Below are positions 17,579 to 26,615 of a DNA stretch of 64,000 nt, piece by piece. The stretch is taken from positions 1 through 64,000 of the IMG/VR virus record IMGVR_UViG_3300033420_000004; one strand, given 5' to 3'. Both the position numbers and the translations under genes were made by a program. Every line of letters begins with the position of its first letter. Position 1 is the stretch's first letter. Origin of the DNA: a virus. Taxonomy: Duplodnaviria; Caudoviricetes. The notes under the pieces are model-generated. The model was not told the origin of the DNA. It did no database searches and saw nothing but the letters and a program-made list of their open reading frames with translations.

Positions 17579-18493
17579 CTACCCACGGAACACAGAATAA
17601 CATGCCAGTATTAATTTGCTGTAACCGCTATCAAAAAAATTATCAACAAACATTTCTAAAACCAGTGCCGCTCTGTCATTTTGTGTCTTTAACAAAACAG
17701 CCTGAGAATATCCCAAAACATGTCTTCGTATTCCCTCGGGATCCTGCTCTTTCAGCCCCCCTAGAACCTTGGAAATTTCAGTCCATTTTGCTGTTGGAGT
17801 GAGAAGGAGTCGACACAATTCTATGCTTTGGGATTGCTCTTGAGCTGTTCTCACAGCAACGGCTAATCTTTTATCTTCTTCGACCCCGAGTACTTGTTCG
17901 AGGACCGTAAGCGCATTCCTAGGATGGCCCGTTGCATCCTGTATGATTTGTTCATAAACTATCTTTTGTATTGATTTTTCCTCTGCTTTTACTACCCGGC
18001 GAAGTAATGTCATCATTTCAGAATCAGACAACGTCTTCGTTTGAAAGTTACTACACCTGCCTACAATAGCTTTCAAAAGTTTTTGCGGGTCGGTGGTGCA
18101 GAGTACAAAATATACATGTTTTGGAGTGTCCTCAAGTATTTTCAGCATTCCAGCTTGTGCGTCAGCTGTAGCTTTTTGAAACTCGTCCATAATATACACC
18201 CTGCTAGAGCTTTCAATTGGCAGGTAGTTACATTGCTTTCTTATTTCTCTTATGGTGTCAATTCCTCTGTAATCAGCTATATCAACTTCCTGCAGGTCAT
18301 TTCCCCTGCAATCCAACATTCCTGCTAGAATTCTACCTATGGTGGTTTTACCTGTTCCCGTAGGACCACTGATTAAAAACGCATGTGGACATTTCTCTTT
18401 GTCTTTCAACATTGAGGTCAGACTATCGATGATTTCCTCATTTCCGATAACTCCCTCTAATGTACCTGGACGATGTTTTTGATATAGACTCAT
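17579..18493 (-). CDS. dnaX: Clamp loader ATPase (DnaX gamma/tau-like)
   Basis: LYQKHRP, Walker A GPTGTGKTT, YRGIDTIREI, Walker B MDEF, LKILED and GRC sensor. Confidence 0.85.
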   Translation of the reverse strand: MSLYQKHRPGTLEGVIGNEEIIDSLTSMLKDKEKCPHAFLISGPTGTGKTTIGRILAGMLDCRGNDLQEVDIADYRGIDTIREIRKQCNYLPIESSSRVYIMDEFQKATADAQAGMLKILEDTPKHVYFVLCTTDPQKLLKAIVGRCSNFQTKTLSDSEMMTLLRRVVKAEEKSIQKIVYEQIIQDATGHPRNALTVLEQVLGVEEDKRLAVAVRTAQEQSQSIELCRLLLTPTAKWTEISKVLGGLKEQDPEGIRRHVLGYSQAVLLKTQNDRAALVLEMFVDNFFDSGYSKLILACYSVFRG

Positions 18494-18510
18494 TTTATTT
18501 TGCGTTTGAT

Positions 18511-18544
18511 ATATTATACGTAAAAAAAGTTCCCTGTGTTCAAA
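18511..18544 (-). promoter_or_regulatory. Phage-specific promoter motif, copy 3
   Basis: TTTGAACACAG-N14-GTATAATAT, upstream of the clamp loader. Confidence 0.8.
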
Positions 18545-18558
18545 TATGAAAAATAAAT

Positions 18559-19950
18559 TTAAAAACCCTCTACTTTCTTCTTTTCAGACCAGGGTTGGTC
18601 CACTTCTGCGATCTCAGCCTCAATCTCAATGGGAACAATTATCCAGTCCCAAAATGCAGGGAGTTCAACAGTGAATACCCTTTTTACTGTGGCCAACACG
18701 TATTCCCGTTCCTTTGGGTGTAGGTCGAAAATAATACTATCATGAATTTGACCAATGATTCTAGACTTCCATTTCTCTTTGATAGAAAGCTCTGTAAGCC
18801 TTGTCAGTGACCACAAAAGGCAGTGAAATGCGGCACCTTGAACAGGGTAATTAATAACGTCTTTCTTATTCATAACACCATTGAACCTAAATCCCGTTAA
18901 GGAGTCAACAAACCCGTCTTTCTGATATTGTTTCCACCAACGGTCTTTCCACTGTGCATAGACTCTGAACCGTTTATTCCAAAAGAAATCTTCAATGTCT
19001 TTCATGTGTTCTGTGAAATCATCCATCGATTTAATTCCTTGGGAAATAAGGTGATCAGAAATAGTGCCCTCAGGCATTGCAACTCCCTGCCCTGGTTTCC
19101 ATTTACCATTGGGAAGGCCCATCCACTTGCTACCAATATTAACGGCACAATTCTTATAGTAATCACCATAGAATTCAGGAAAAACAAACCCGTTCTTGGT
19201 AGCGTTTCTCAGTACTTTGTGATCTTTTTTGTTAAATCCCGGCAAAATGAATATCTCTTTTGCCATGTCACCGTGCATGTCTGTTGTGGGGTCATTGATG
19301 TATGACAGCATCACAGGGTCCTTATGATAACATGCAGCAACCCTTACCTCGGCCGAACCCAAATCCACTTCCAATAATTGATGTCCTGGACGAGCAAATA
19401 AAGCACTTCTGATGGTCTGCATGGCAAAAGCATCACGTACAGGAATATTTTGGAAATTTGGACTATCACTGCTACTTCTGAAGGTTTTTACAAGGTGTAA
19501 ATTGAACGAGGGATGGATATAACCATCAACCTGCTCCCTGAGAAACGCTTCTAAATAGGTATCCCTTATCTTTTTAAGTTTTTTTGCCTCAATTATGTAT
19601 GCAAGCTCGGGAAGGTTCATTGCTTCCAAAGCCTCTTCATCTGTGGAACCAAAGCCACTTGTCGTTGTCTTTACTGCTTCTATCTTTTTTACCTTGTACA
19701 GAAATGTTCCCAACTGTTGACTTGAGTACATGTTTGGGGCTCCTGACTTAACTGTGTGGCACCAATGTGAATACAGTTTGGTTTCCTTGAACTTTGCCTC
19801 CGCCCTTGTTATCATTCTATCGATATGCTTTTTCTTACTCTCAGCATATTCCATATCGATCCTAATACCAGCCTGCTCCGCACGACTAAGTGCTAGTATC
19901 CCTTTTTGAAATAAATAATAAGCTTGATGTGATTGCGGATTTATATTCAT
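18559..19950 (-). CDS. polA: Family A DNA polymerase, polymerase domain only
   Basis: SSDSPNFQNIP, motif A DLGSAEVR, motif B KNGFVFPEFYG, NYPVQG and motif C QIHD. Confidence 0.95.
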   Translation of the reverse strand: MNINPQSHQAYYLFQKGILALSRAEQAGIRIDMEYAESKKKHIDRMITRAEAKFKETKLYSHWCHTVKSGAPNMYSSQQLGTFLYKVKKIEAVKTTTSGFGSTDEEALEAMNLPELAYIIEAKKLKKIRDTYLEAFLREQVDGYIHPSFNLHLVKTFRSSSDSPNFQNIPVRDAFAMQTIRSALFARPGHQLLEVDLGSAEVRVAACYHKDPVMLSYINDPTTDMHGDMAKEIFILPGFNKKDHKVLRNATKNGFVFPEFYGDYYKNCAVNIGSKWMGLPNGKWKPGQGVAMPEGTISDHLISQGIKSMDDFTEHMKDIEDFFWNKRFRVYAQWKDRWWKQYQKDGFVDSLTGFRFNGVMNKKDVINYPVQGAAFHCLLWSLTRLTELSIKEKWKSRIIGQIHDSIIFDLHPKEREYVLATVKRVFTVELPAFWDWIIVPIEIEAEIAEVDQPWSEKKKVEGF

Positions 19951-20639
19951 TTTTTATAGTGTTTAGGTAAGTTTTTTCCCCATTGAGTTGCCATTGCAAC
20001 TGCTAAACCGTGAAATGTTTTACTTCTCGTGTTTCCCACACTGACGGCATTGTTCTTTTTGTTCAGAAAAGCGTCAGCATACCACTGTGGTTGTTTCTTT
20101 GCCTTGCCTGACTTACTATCAACCCAATGGAAGAATTCTCCCTTGCCTACATGCGTGGTTTCCTCTGTGAATAAATCAGGCTCTGAATTGTGGTGCAGGG
20201 GAGGTAAGTTTTTAAGCCAAAGACAGGTTGTTTTCTGAAATTCATCACCAAAAAAGTATGGTTGCACAATCTGATCAGGTTTTCTGTAAAGCCTGCTCAT
20301 TATGCCAATAGGATTTTCCACGGCAATACTGTGTATTTTGGCATTTATTAACTTCATAAAGAAATCAATACCCTCCTGCTGTCTGCCATCTTCACGCTTT
20401 TTAGCAAAGGATGGTGCCCCGGAAACGGCTAAATGTGTGCATGGCGGGAAGAAAATTCCAACCTTTATTTCAGGATGTTCATCGATCACCTTCAAAACGT
20501 CTTCCTGAATATGCCACTCAGGGTGACCACCAGAAGAAGGCTCTGTATCGCAACTAAAAGCAATGATACCTAATTTTCTAAGTTCAATGGTAACGGCTTG
20601 TGATTCTTCACAGCCAATTAAATAATCAATCTTTTCCAT
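19947..20639 (-). CDS. Short C5-cytosine DNA methyltransferase-like protein
   Basis: IGCEESQ, SCD, GGHPEWHI, catalytic PPC, ENP and KTTCLW; resembles small phage Dcm-like proteins. Confidence 0.65.
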   Translation of the reverse strand: MEKIDYLIGCEESQAVTIELRKLGIIAFSCDTEPSSGGHPEWHIQEDVLKVIDEHPEIKVGIFFPPCTHLAVSGAPSFAKKREDGRQQEGIDFFMKLINAKIHSIAVENPIGIMSRLYRKPDQIVQPYFFGDEFQKTTCLWLKNLPPLHHNSEPDLFTEETTHVGKGEFFHWVDSKSGKAKKQPQWYADAFLNKKNNAVSVGNTRSKTFHGLAVAMATQWGKNLPKHYKK

Positions 20640-20640
20640 T

Positions 20641-21855
20641 TTAAAAGGGGAGGTTATTAAGTATCAGTGTTCTTTGTAGCATAGCCAAACGAAATTCGTA
20701 AATGCTATCAAGTGCACAGTATTCCATTAATTTACGCCTGCCTGCTTCCGTCTGAATAAGTTCTTCAATCCTATTTTTGGCGTTACCATCCTTCTCAACA
20801 CTCTTCAACCATGGAGAAACTTCACTTGCATAATCAGATACTCCAAAATTTACATATGTTTGGAATTTCAGTCCTGAAATATTGGGTCTGTTATCAATAA
20901 TGTGTGCGGCAAGCATGGAATCCCATTCCCAGGATTCAACATCCTGCTTGAGGAAAACATGGCTCCAGGTCTGTTCAAATTTTATGTTGTGGGCAAATTT
21001 TCGAATGCTGCCATCTGCCAACATTTCTAAAAATGGCTTACGTAGTGTCTCGGTTTCAGGCATCATAAATACATGCACCACATCTTCACTCACAGCAATT
21101 GATGCACAGATTATTTTGTGTCCCGGCGCATGTGGTTTTATTCCCGTGGTTTCATAGTCAAATGCAACAATGGAACCTTGTGGAACAACCTCTTTTATTA
21201 AGTTCAGATCGTTATGGTAATGAATAACGGGTGCATGAGTCTTCGGAAGTACTGATTCTGCCTTACGTACAGCGTTTTCCAAGTCTTTCATCCAAATCAA
21301 CTCAGCAATTTTATCTGCGTCAATTATCTCAAAAGGTGCAAAGGTAGGACAAACCCAAGCCTTGTACTCTTTATCCGGAATGATGAAACCTCTCCAACGC
21401 TCAATCGATTTAAGTTCTTCTTTCCAATGAGCACCAACAATACTGTGGAGTGCCATATCCCCAAGGACAATTATCACATTGGGCATGAGTTCTTTTATCT
21501 GCCTGCTTACAATGGTTGTCCTACAGCAATCAATCATGTAGTGGTTGGGCATTTTCTCATCGTAGCAGTTAACGGCATTAATCGATGCACAGTCTTCGAA
21601 AAGATCAACACCAAGTCTTGAGAGAGCCGTCTTTAAGTAACGACCCTCACGACTTTGCCACATCTTGTCCCTGTCGTCGTCAAGTAGGTCAGGAAACTCA
21701 CCCACAATTAAAATTCCCTTTCCGAAATTTCCCCAGGCTTTCATCTTTGGACTTTTGGCAGATTTATACCTGCCGCAAGACGCACAGGATAAAACCTTGC
21801 CGTCAGGTCTTGACATGCTTTGAGTCTCCTTTAATGTGAGAAATCCTTCGTTCAT
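20641..21855 (-). CDS. UDG family 4-like domain fused to a 3'-5' exonuclease (N-terminal part of an SPO1-type PolA)
   Basis: SCASC and IVGEFPD in the UDG-like part; ExoI FDYETTG, ExoII HNIKFE and ExoIII YCALD. Confidence 0.85.
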   Translation of the reverse strand: MNEGFLTLKETQSMSRPDGKVLSCASCGRYKSAKSPKMKAWGNFGKGILIVGEFPDLLDDDRDKMWQSREGRYLKTALSRLGVDLFEDCASINAVNCYDEKMPNHYMIDCCRTTIVSRQIKELMPNVIIVLGDMALHSIVGAHWKEELKSIERWRGFIIPDKEYKAWVCPTFAPFEIIDADKIAELIWMKDLENAVRKAESVLPKTHAPVIHYHNDLNLIKEVVPQGSIVAFDYETTGIKPHAPGHKIICASIAVSEDVVHVFMMPETETLRKPFLEMLADGSIRKFAHNIKFEQTWSHVFLKQDVESWEWDSMLAAHIIDNRPNISGLKFQTYVNFGVSDYASEVSPWLKSVEKDGNAKNRIEELIQTEAGRRKLMEYCALDSIYEFRLAMLQRTLILNNLPF

Positions 21856-21856
21856 A

Positions 21857-22858
21857 TTATTTTCGAATGCTTAGGTACGTCCAATTACTTCCTTTGAATA
21901 TCATAACACTTGCACACAACATACATGTTAGTGTTTCTGAAAGCACACTTTTTAAAATTTTGGGAACCACAACAAATGTGATAGGCTCGTCTTTGTATTG
22001 AAAATTCAGACTTTCTTCAAACCATCCTATTTCTGACTCCGAGCGTATGGTAAACTTGTTATCTGCCATGGTAATTGATACCTGTTCAAGTGAACTGGTT
22101 TCGGATTTCGAAAAAACAGTGGCACGATCAAAAACTTCCAGTGTGGATTTAGGGAAGGTAAAATCTCTTCCTGTTTGGTTCAGAATAACTTCAAGATTTG
22201 GATAATCGTCCATGAATAATCTGCAGGACAAAATAGTATCCTCTTCTGATTTGAAATGTATCCAGCCATCACTGTGTGCCATTTCATTTGGGTTCAGTTT
22301 CAACACTTGTTTCGCTGATGATGCAGGTAAAAGGAATTCAGGAACAGGCACAGCTTCTTTAAGAATAAATTTACTTATTCTAAATGCATCTGTAGCCTCT
22401 ACAATATCCTCTTTAACATGAACTGTCATCAAAACCGGGCGTGTTATGCTTGTACTGCACGATGGTACTGCGAATTTTAACGCTTCTAGAAAATCTTTGG
22501 GAACAGGGAACCAATTTGCAGCGGTATTTATTTCTTCCAATGGAAGTTTAACCTCTGAAACCAAGGTCATTCCCGCCTTACTTCTGCCCGAGGTAAACAA
22601 TATCTCAGAGTCAGTTAATACCACTTCAATTTCATCAGATTTTAATTTGTGCAAAAGTGAGTACAGTTCTTCTGCTTTGATAGCTCCCTTTAACTCCATT
22701 CCTGCTACAGGATGAGATAGGCTGATTTCATTGTTGAACGTAACTACTCTGTCATTTACAAAGGCAAATGATGAAGCCTGCTCAATAACATCTTTTGAGG
22801 CTAGTCCTGGTTTTACCACTTCTAGCGCGATCTGTAATTCTGCTTTATTTATTACCAT
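21857..22858 (-). CDS. dnaN: DnaN/beta-like sliding clamp
   Basis: 333 aa with repeated alpha/beta pattern, DDYPNL resembling the beta-clamp xYPD motif, and linkage to polymerase and clamp loader. Confidence 0.65.
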   Translation of the reverse strand: MVINKAELQIALEVVKPGLASKDVIEQASSFAFVNDRVVTFNNEISLSHPVAGMELKGAIKAEELYSLLHKLKSDEIEVVLTDSEILFTSGRSKAGMTLVSEVKLPLEEINTAANWFPVPKDFLEALKFAVPSCSTSITRPVLMTVHVKEDIVEATDAFRISKFILKEAVPVPEFLLPASSAKQVLKLNPNEMAHSDGWIHFKSEEDTILSCRLFMDDYPNLEVILNQTGRDFTFPKSTLEVFDRATVFSKSETSSLEQVSITMADNKFTIRSESEIGWFEESLNFQYKDEPITFVVVPKILKSVLSETLTCMLCASVMIFKGSNWTYLSIRK

Positions 22859-22863
22859 GGTTT

Positions 22864-23052
22864 TTAATATCTTATGGTTAGTGGGGTTTCTGAAACATTT
22901 ATTTTCTCCTCCATAGAAACTATGGTTTGCAAAATAGCTTCCCCGGTTTCCTGTGTGATTATTATTTGTCTGTGTTTCTTGTCAGAAAAATAACCAATTA
23001 AAACGAAGCTATCTAAGTTAGGCCGTTTCTTTATGTTTATTGTTTTGCTCAT
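22864..23052 (-). CDS. Hypothetical protein (62 aa)
   Basis: ORF fills the gap in the operon. Confidence 0.5.
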   Translation of the reverse strand: MSKTINIKKRPNLDSFVLIGYFSDKKHRQIIITQETGEAILQTIVSMEEKINVSETPLTIRY

Positions 23053-23560
23053 TTTTTACATTTTTTAGTCGTTGAATATCCGCTCTATAATTTAAAATTG
23101 CATGTTTCAAAGGAAAAATTCTCATGGTACCCAACCTTGCGACCTGATAAATTTCGCGGTCTGTTAATTTCCTGAAATTATTTACAGGTTTAGGCGGGCA
23201 TTTCTTAATTATTCTTGCATGCTTTCCATATGGTAATTGTTTTACAACAATAAGACCTGCATTTTCAGGAACAAGTGCTTCACATTTTTCCTGCAAATAA
23301 TCAGGTATGGCATAGTAAAAGCCTTTAATCAGCATACTGTTCCTCTTGTGCTTTCTTTTCTTAAAGTCAGCCAAAAAATCTGATTTAGATACTTTTATTT
23401 CCACCTCAATGGCAAACCCTGCTTTGTTAACTATCAACAGGTCGGCTTCATGATTAAGCAATCCCCAGGAAATGTTTGGCACGATTAAATGTGTTCTTAT
23501 GTTGAACAATTTAGCCACCGCGCACTCTACATCTATGCACCGCATTTTTTCCTGTGCCAT
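23018..23560 (-). CDS. MmcB-like PD-(D/E)xK nuclease family protein
   Basis: EADLL...EVEIKVSKSDFLADFKK motif. Confidence 0.7.
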   Translation of the reverse strand: MAQEKMRCIDVECAVAKLFNIRTHLIVPNISWGLLNHEADLLIVNKAGFAIEVEIKVSKSDFLADFKKRKHKRNSMLIKGFYYAIPDYLQEKCEALVPENAGLIVVKQLPYGKHARIIKKCPPKPVNNFRKLTDREIYQVARLGTMRIFPLKHAILNYRADIQRLKNVKNEQNNKHKETA

Positions 23561-24420
23561 TATTTCATGTGTCCGCTTTGTCTCAAAAGTCCAGTTATTT
23601 TTCTCACCAAAATCTGAGCGGCACGAACACCGTTGTTTCCCTTTGGTACAACAACTCTCCTGCGGGCTATTTCCTTATAGATTTCCACAAGGGTTGCATT
23701 TGGGTTGGCACATAACACTTCTAAAGCCACACCATGAGCGGAAAGACCTCTGTGACCTCTAGATTTTTTATCACCCTCTTTAAACTCGGGAGCCTCAACA
23801 AGAACCTTTGCCATAACTCTAGCAAGATCAGGGTCATTTGCCTCGTGTGCGTATTTACTCGGTCTGCCTTTTTTAGCTGTACCTTTTTCCTTAACAACCT
23901 TTACTTTTTTTGGCTTAGGTATTTTTTCAAGTCTGACATCAACCGTTTTTTTGATTGTTTTGCTCTTCTTTTTATCAGGGTTTTTGGTAGACTTGGTCTG
24001 CAAGGTCTTTGTCTCTGGCTCCCTTATTGCTTTGTCGTAAAGGTCTTCAACATCATCCTCTTCGGGCATTAACTCTTCAATGGTACCGAGAACCTCTTCA
24101 TCTTTCAGAACGGTCTCAACATCCTCTTCGATATCCTCTTCAAAGCTCACGTCTTCCAATAAAACAGAGACTATCTTTGGTACGGTCCATGTCCCACCAA
24201 TATACCTGTTTACTTTAACAATCGCCAACTTTAATTCATGAGGAATTTGGTCCTCTGGAAAAAGCATTGCTTGGGCTTCCTGTATTTTTTCAATCAAATC
24301 GTCGTCAGGAAGGGTGATATCAATACTTGGTTTCAACCCCATCAAAGTAGAAAGTTCTGTTGCGACGTATTCGCAATCCTCTCTCTTTGTTCTTTTTTTC
24401 TGCACTTCTTTCTTTGCCAT
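23560..24420 (-). CDS. Hypothetical protein with acidic and Lys-rich low-complexity blocks (286 aa)
   Basis: Acidic centre, K-rich linker and basic C-terminal domain; first gene after promoter copy 4. Confidence 0.65.
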   Translation of the reverse strand: MAKKEVQKKRTKREDCEYVATELSTLMGLKPSIDITLPDDDLIEKIQEAQAMLFPEDQIPHELKLAIVKVNRYIGGTWTVPKIVSVLLEDVSFEEDIEEDVETVLKDEEVLGTIEELMPEEDDVEDLYDKAIREPETKTLQTKSTKNPDKKKSKTIKKTVDVRLEKIPKPKKVKVVKEKGTAKKGRPSKYAHEANDPDLARVMAKVLVEAPEFKEGDKKSRGHRGLSAHGVALEVLCANPNATLVEIYKEIARRRVVVPKGNNGVRAAQILVRKITGLLRQSGHMK

Positions 24421-24439
24421 AGTTTTAAATTTACTTTAT

Positions 24440-24473
24440 ATATTATACTTAAAAAATTATCCCTGTGTTCAAA
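24440..24473 (-). promoter_or_regulatory. Phage-specific promoter motif, copy 4
   Basis: TTTGAACACAG-N14-GTATAATAT. Confidence 0.8.
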
Positions 24474-24489
24474 TTGTCGTTATTTATTT

Positions 24490-26034
24490 TTACATGTAAC
24501 TTGTCAGAAATGGTTTTCCAACTTTTAAATTTTGCAGTACATGAACCACATTTGACGTTAATCCGTCACCCTCCCTGATGACGAGCTCATTTAATCGCAT
24601 TAAACCTATCTTTTTCTCTCTTCCGTGCGGGTCCTGGTTTATGCCGTACATCGCTGTGACATGGGCGTACTTACGTTTGTCTTCACTGAAATTGCTCTGT
24701 TTTAACGTCACTGCATCATATGATTTTGCATCTGCCTGAGTAACTGTTACAACCAACCAAGGTTTTATTTGAGATAATCCACGTAAAGCCTTCCATTTTT
24801 CGTTCTCTTGGTGCCTGAATTCTGTCTTAACGTCAGAAATAAGAATATCAGCATAATCAATGATAATGAGGTCTGGAACGAAACCGTCTTCCTTTTCCCA
24901 ATCCTTCAAAATGTTCTTGATATTATTAACGGATAAAGTGCCATTTGCATGTGTGCTTATCCTAAACTCCCTTTTGAATTTCATGAAGAATTTTTTAACG
25001 GCAAGAACAGCAGATTTAGCTGTCAAAACTTCTGTTATATCCTCCCGCTTCATCCAAACACTTCCCCACTTTTCAGTCTTGTATTTTGCACAATTGTGAC
25101 AGGGTTTGTAATCAGGATATGTTTTAATTGCCTCAAGAATCATGTCCTTGTCAATTTTATTCCTGAGTTCTTCGGCTTGCATTCCTGCTTCAGAAAACGG
25201 ACCGAAAGAACATTCACGGTCCTCATGGTCACAGGTGTCGAGTTGGTTGTGAACACAATCTTTCACTGCTTCCCATGATTCTCCAAGGTATTTCTCGTCA
25301 GAGGGTTTCTTGGTCAGGTAAGTTGCAATACGTTTCAACTGTTGTGATTCTGTCATGTCTCCTGCTTGGAAAAAAGCCACCTTTTTGTGCTGTCTTGCAG
25401 CAGTGATAGCCATTTCCAACAGCCACCAGGTCTTTCCTCTCTTCTCTGATGCCAAGAACGCGATAAAGCCTCCCGCAATCAATTGCGAATTTAAAAATTC
25501 ACCCAAAGCTCCGGGAAAATGAAATAAAGGCAGGAAAGCCTCATTTAAGGCATTTTTTACCTTTATCAGGGCATCTACCTTGCTCAGGTCAATATAATTG
25601 ATTTTTGACCCCTCCCAAGGTCTGTAGGAAGAAATTTTAGCCTGTGCTTCCTCCACCTCTCCCGCTTCCAATAATTCTGCAACTTCATCGTTGTGAATTT
25701 TTAAACTGCGTTCTTGGAAGTATGCTTTTGTGTCACGGATAAGCAGTTCCACGTTGATTCCCTCGCTGATGTAGCGTTCATTCAGGTCAGGAAGAATGTC
25801 TTCTTCGATCTCCTGAGCCATGGACTCATCCAACCCGTCTTTCAAGGCTTTGAAGTACAGTTGCTGAATAACCATCTTGGGAGCTTCCTGAAATTCGTTG
25901 TAGTAGGAAACACACCAACCGATTACCAACTTTGCCATTTTTGATTCGATGTACTTTGGGTTGTACATCGGCACCATTTCCTTTGCAAACTCAGTGCTTG
26001 CAATGAAACCTAGAATTATTTGGGATTGAATCAT
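24490..26034 (-). CDS. dnaB: DnaB/gp41-like SF4 replicative helicase
   Basis: Walker A ASEKRGKT, FFQAGDM, IIIDYADI, VTVTQAD and SEDKRK. Confidence 0.85.
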   Translation of the reverse strand: MIQSQIILGFIASTEFAKEMVPMYNPKYIESKMAKLVIGWCVSYYNEFQEAPKMVIQQLYFKALKDGLDESMAQEIEEDILPDLNERYISEGINVELLIRDTKAYFQERSLKIHNDEVAELLEAGEVEEAQAKISSYRPWEGSKINYIDLSKVDALIKVKNALNEAFLPLFHFPGALGEFLNSQLIAGGFIAFLASEKRGKTWWLLEMAITAARQHKKVAFFQAGDMTESQQLKRIATYLTKKPSDEKYLGESWEAVKDCVHNQLDTCDHEDRECSFGPFSEAGMQAEELRNKIDKDMILEAIKTYPDYKPCHNCAKYKTEKWGSVWMKREDITEVLTAKSAVLAVKKFFMKFKREFRISTHANGTLSVNNIKNILKDWEKEDGFVPDLIIIDYADILISDVKTEFRHQENEKWKALRGLSQIKPWLVVTVTQADAKSYDAVTLKQSNFSEDKRKYAHVTAMYGINQDPHGREKKIGLMRLNELVIREGDGLTSNVVHVLQNLKVGKPFLTSYM

Positions 26035-26609
26035 TTTGTGCTGTTGTAAGGTTCTTTGTTAATCAGGACGCACATTTGCGAGATTCTAGAAACAATTCTA
26101 ACATCACCAAACTGTTTTCCAAGTTCATTAATTTCGTAATTTGACGTTATCACTGTCAATTTTTCGTTCTCGTATCTGTTGTTTATGATGCCGTACAGCA
26201 CTTGCAGAACGTATGTGGTAGGATTTACAGTACCCAAATCATCAATCACAAGCATGTGTGCTTGGCTGTATTTTTCAATTATTGCACGCTCTGTTACATC
26301 AGAGTTTACGTGGTCGAACGAGCTTTTTATATTGGAAAACATTTCAAATGAAGAAATGAAAATAGTAGTTGAAATTTTTCCATAGTAATTTTCCGGGTGC
26401 AGGTACATCCTTCTGCGCTCTTCCAACATCATTTGCGCGGACAGTATGGTTTTTCCATGCTGTGTGTTGCCGTAAATGAACGAACTTTGGAGAGTTTCTT
26501 CGAACTTTGGTGACGGAAATTCCATCAAAATTTTCTGAATCCTTGGTGGAAACAACACCTGAATTAGCTGTCCCCTGATCATTTTATCCCATGTTTGTTG
26601 GTTTCTCAT
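26031..26609 (-). CDS. DnaC/IstB-like helicase loader ATPase
   Basis: Walker A YGNTQHGKT, Walker B LVIDDLG, INNRY, ITSN and RIVSRI. Confidence 0.85.
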   Translation of the reverse strand: MRNQQTWDKMIRGQLIQVLFPPRIQKILMEFPSPKFEETLQSSFIYGNTQHGKTILSAQMMLEERRRMYLHPENYYGKISTTIFISSFEMFSNIKSSFDHVNSDVTERAIIEKYSQAHMLVIDDLGTVNPTTYVLQVLYGIINNRYENEKLTVITSNYEINELGKQFGDVRIVSRISQMCVLINKEPYNSTK

Positions 26610-26615
26610 AGCTTT

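Noticed and set aside
18559-19950. DpoZ-type (2-aminoadenine) polymerase
   Set aside because: No purZ or datZ-like genes in the window and nothing else supports Z-DNA.
19947-20640. Intron or intein explanation for the polA split
   Set aside because: The insert is entirely an MTase-like ORF with tight stop/start coupling; no group I/II or intein hallmarks seen.
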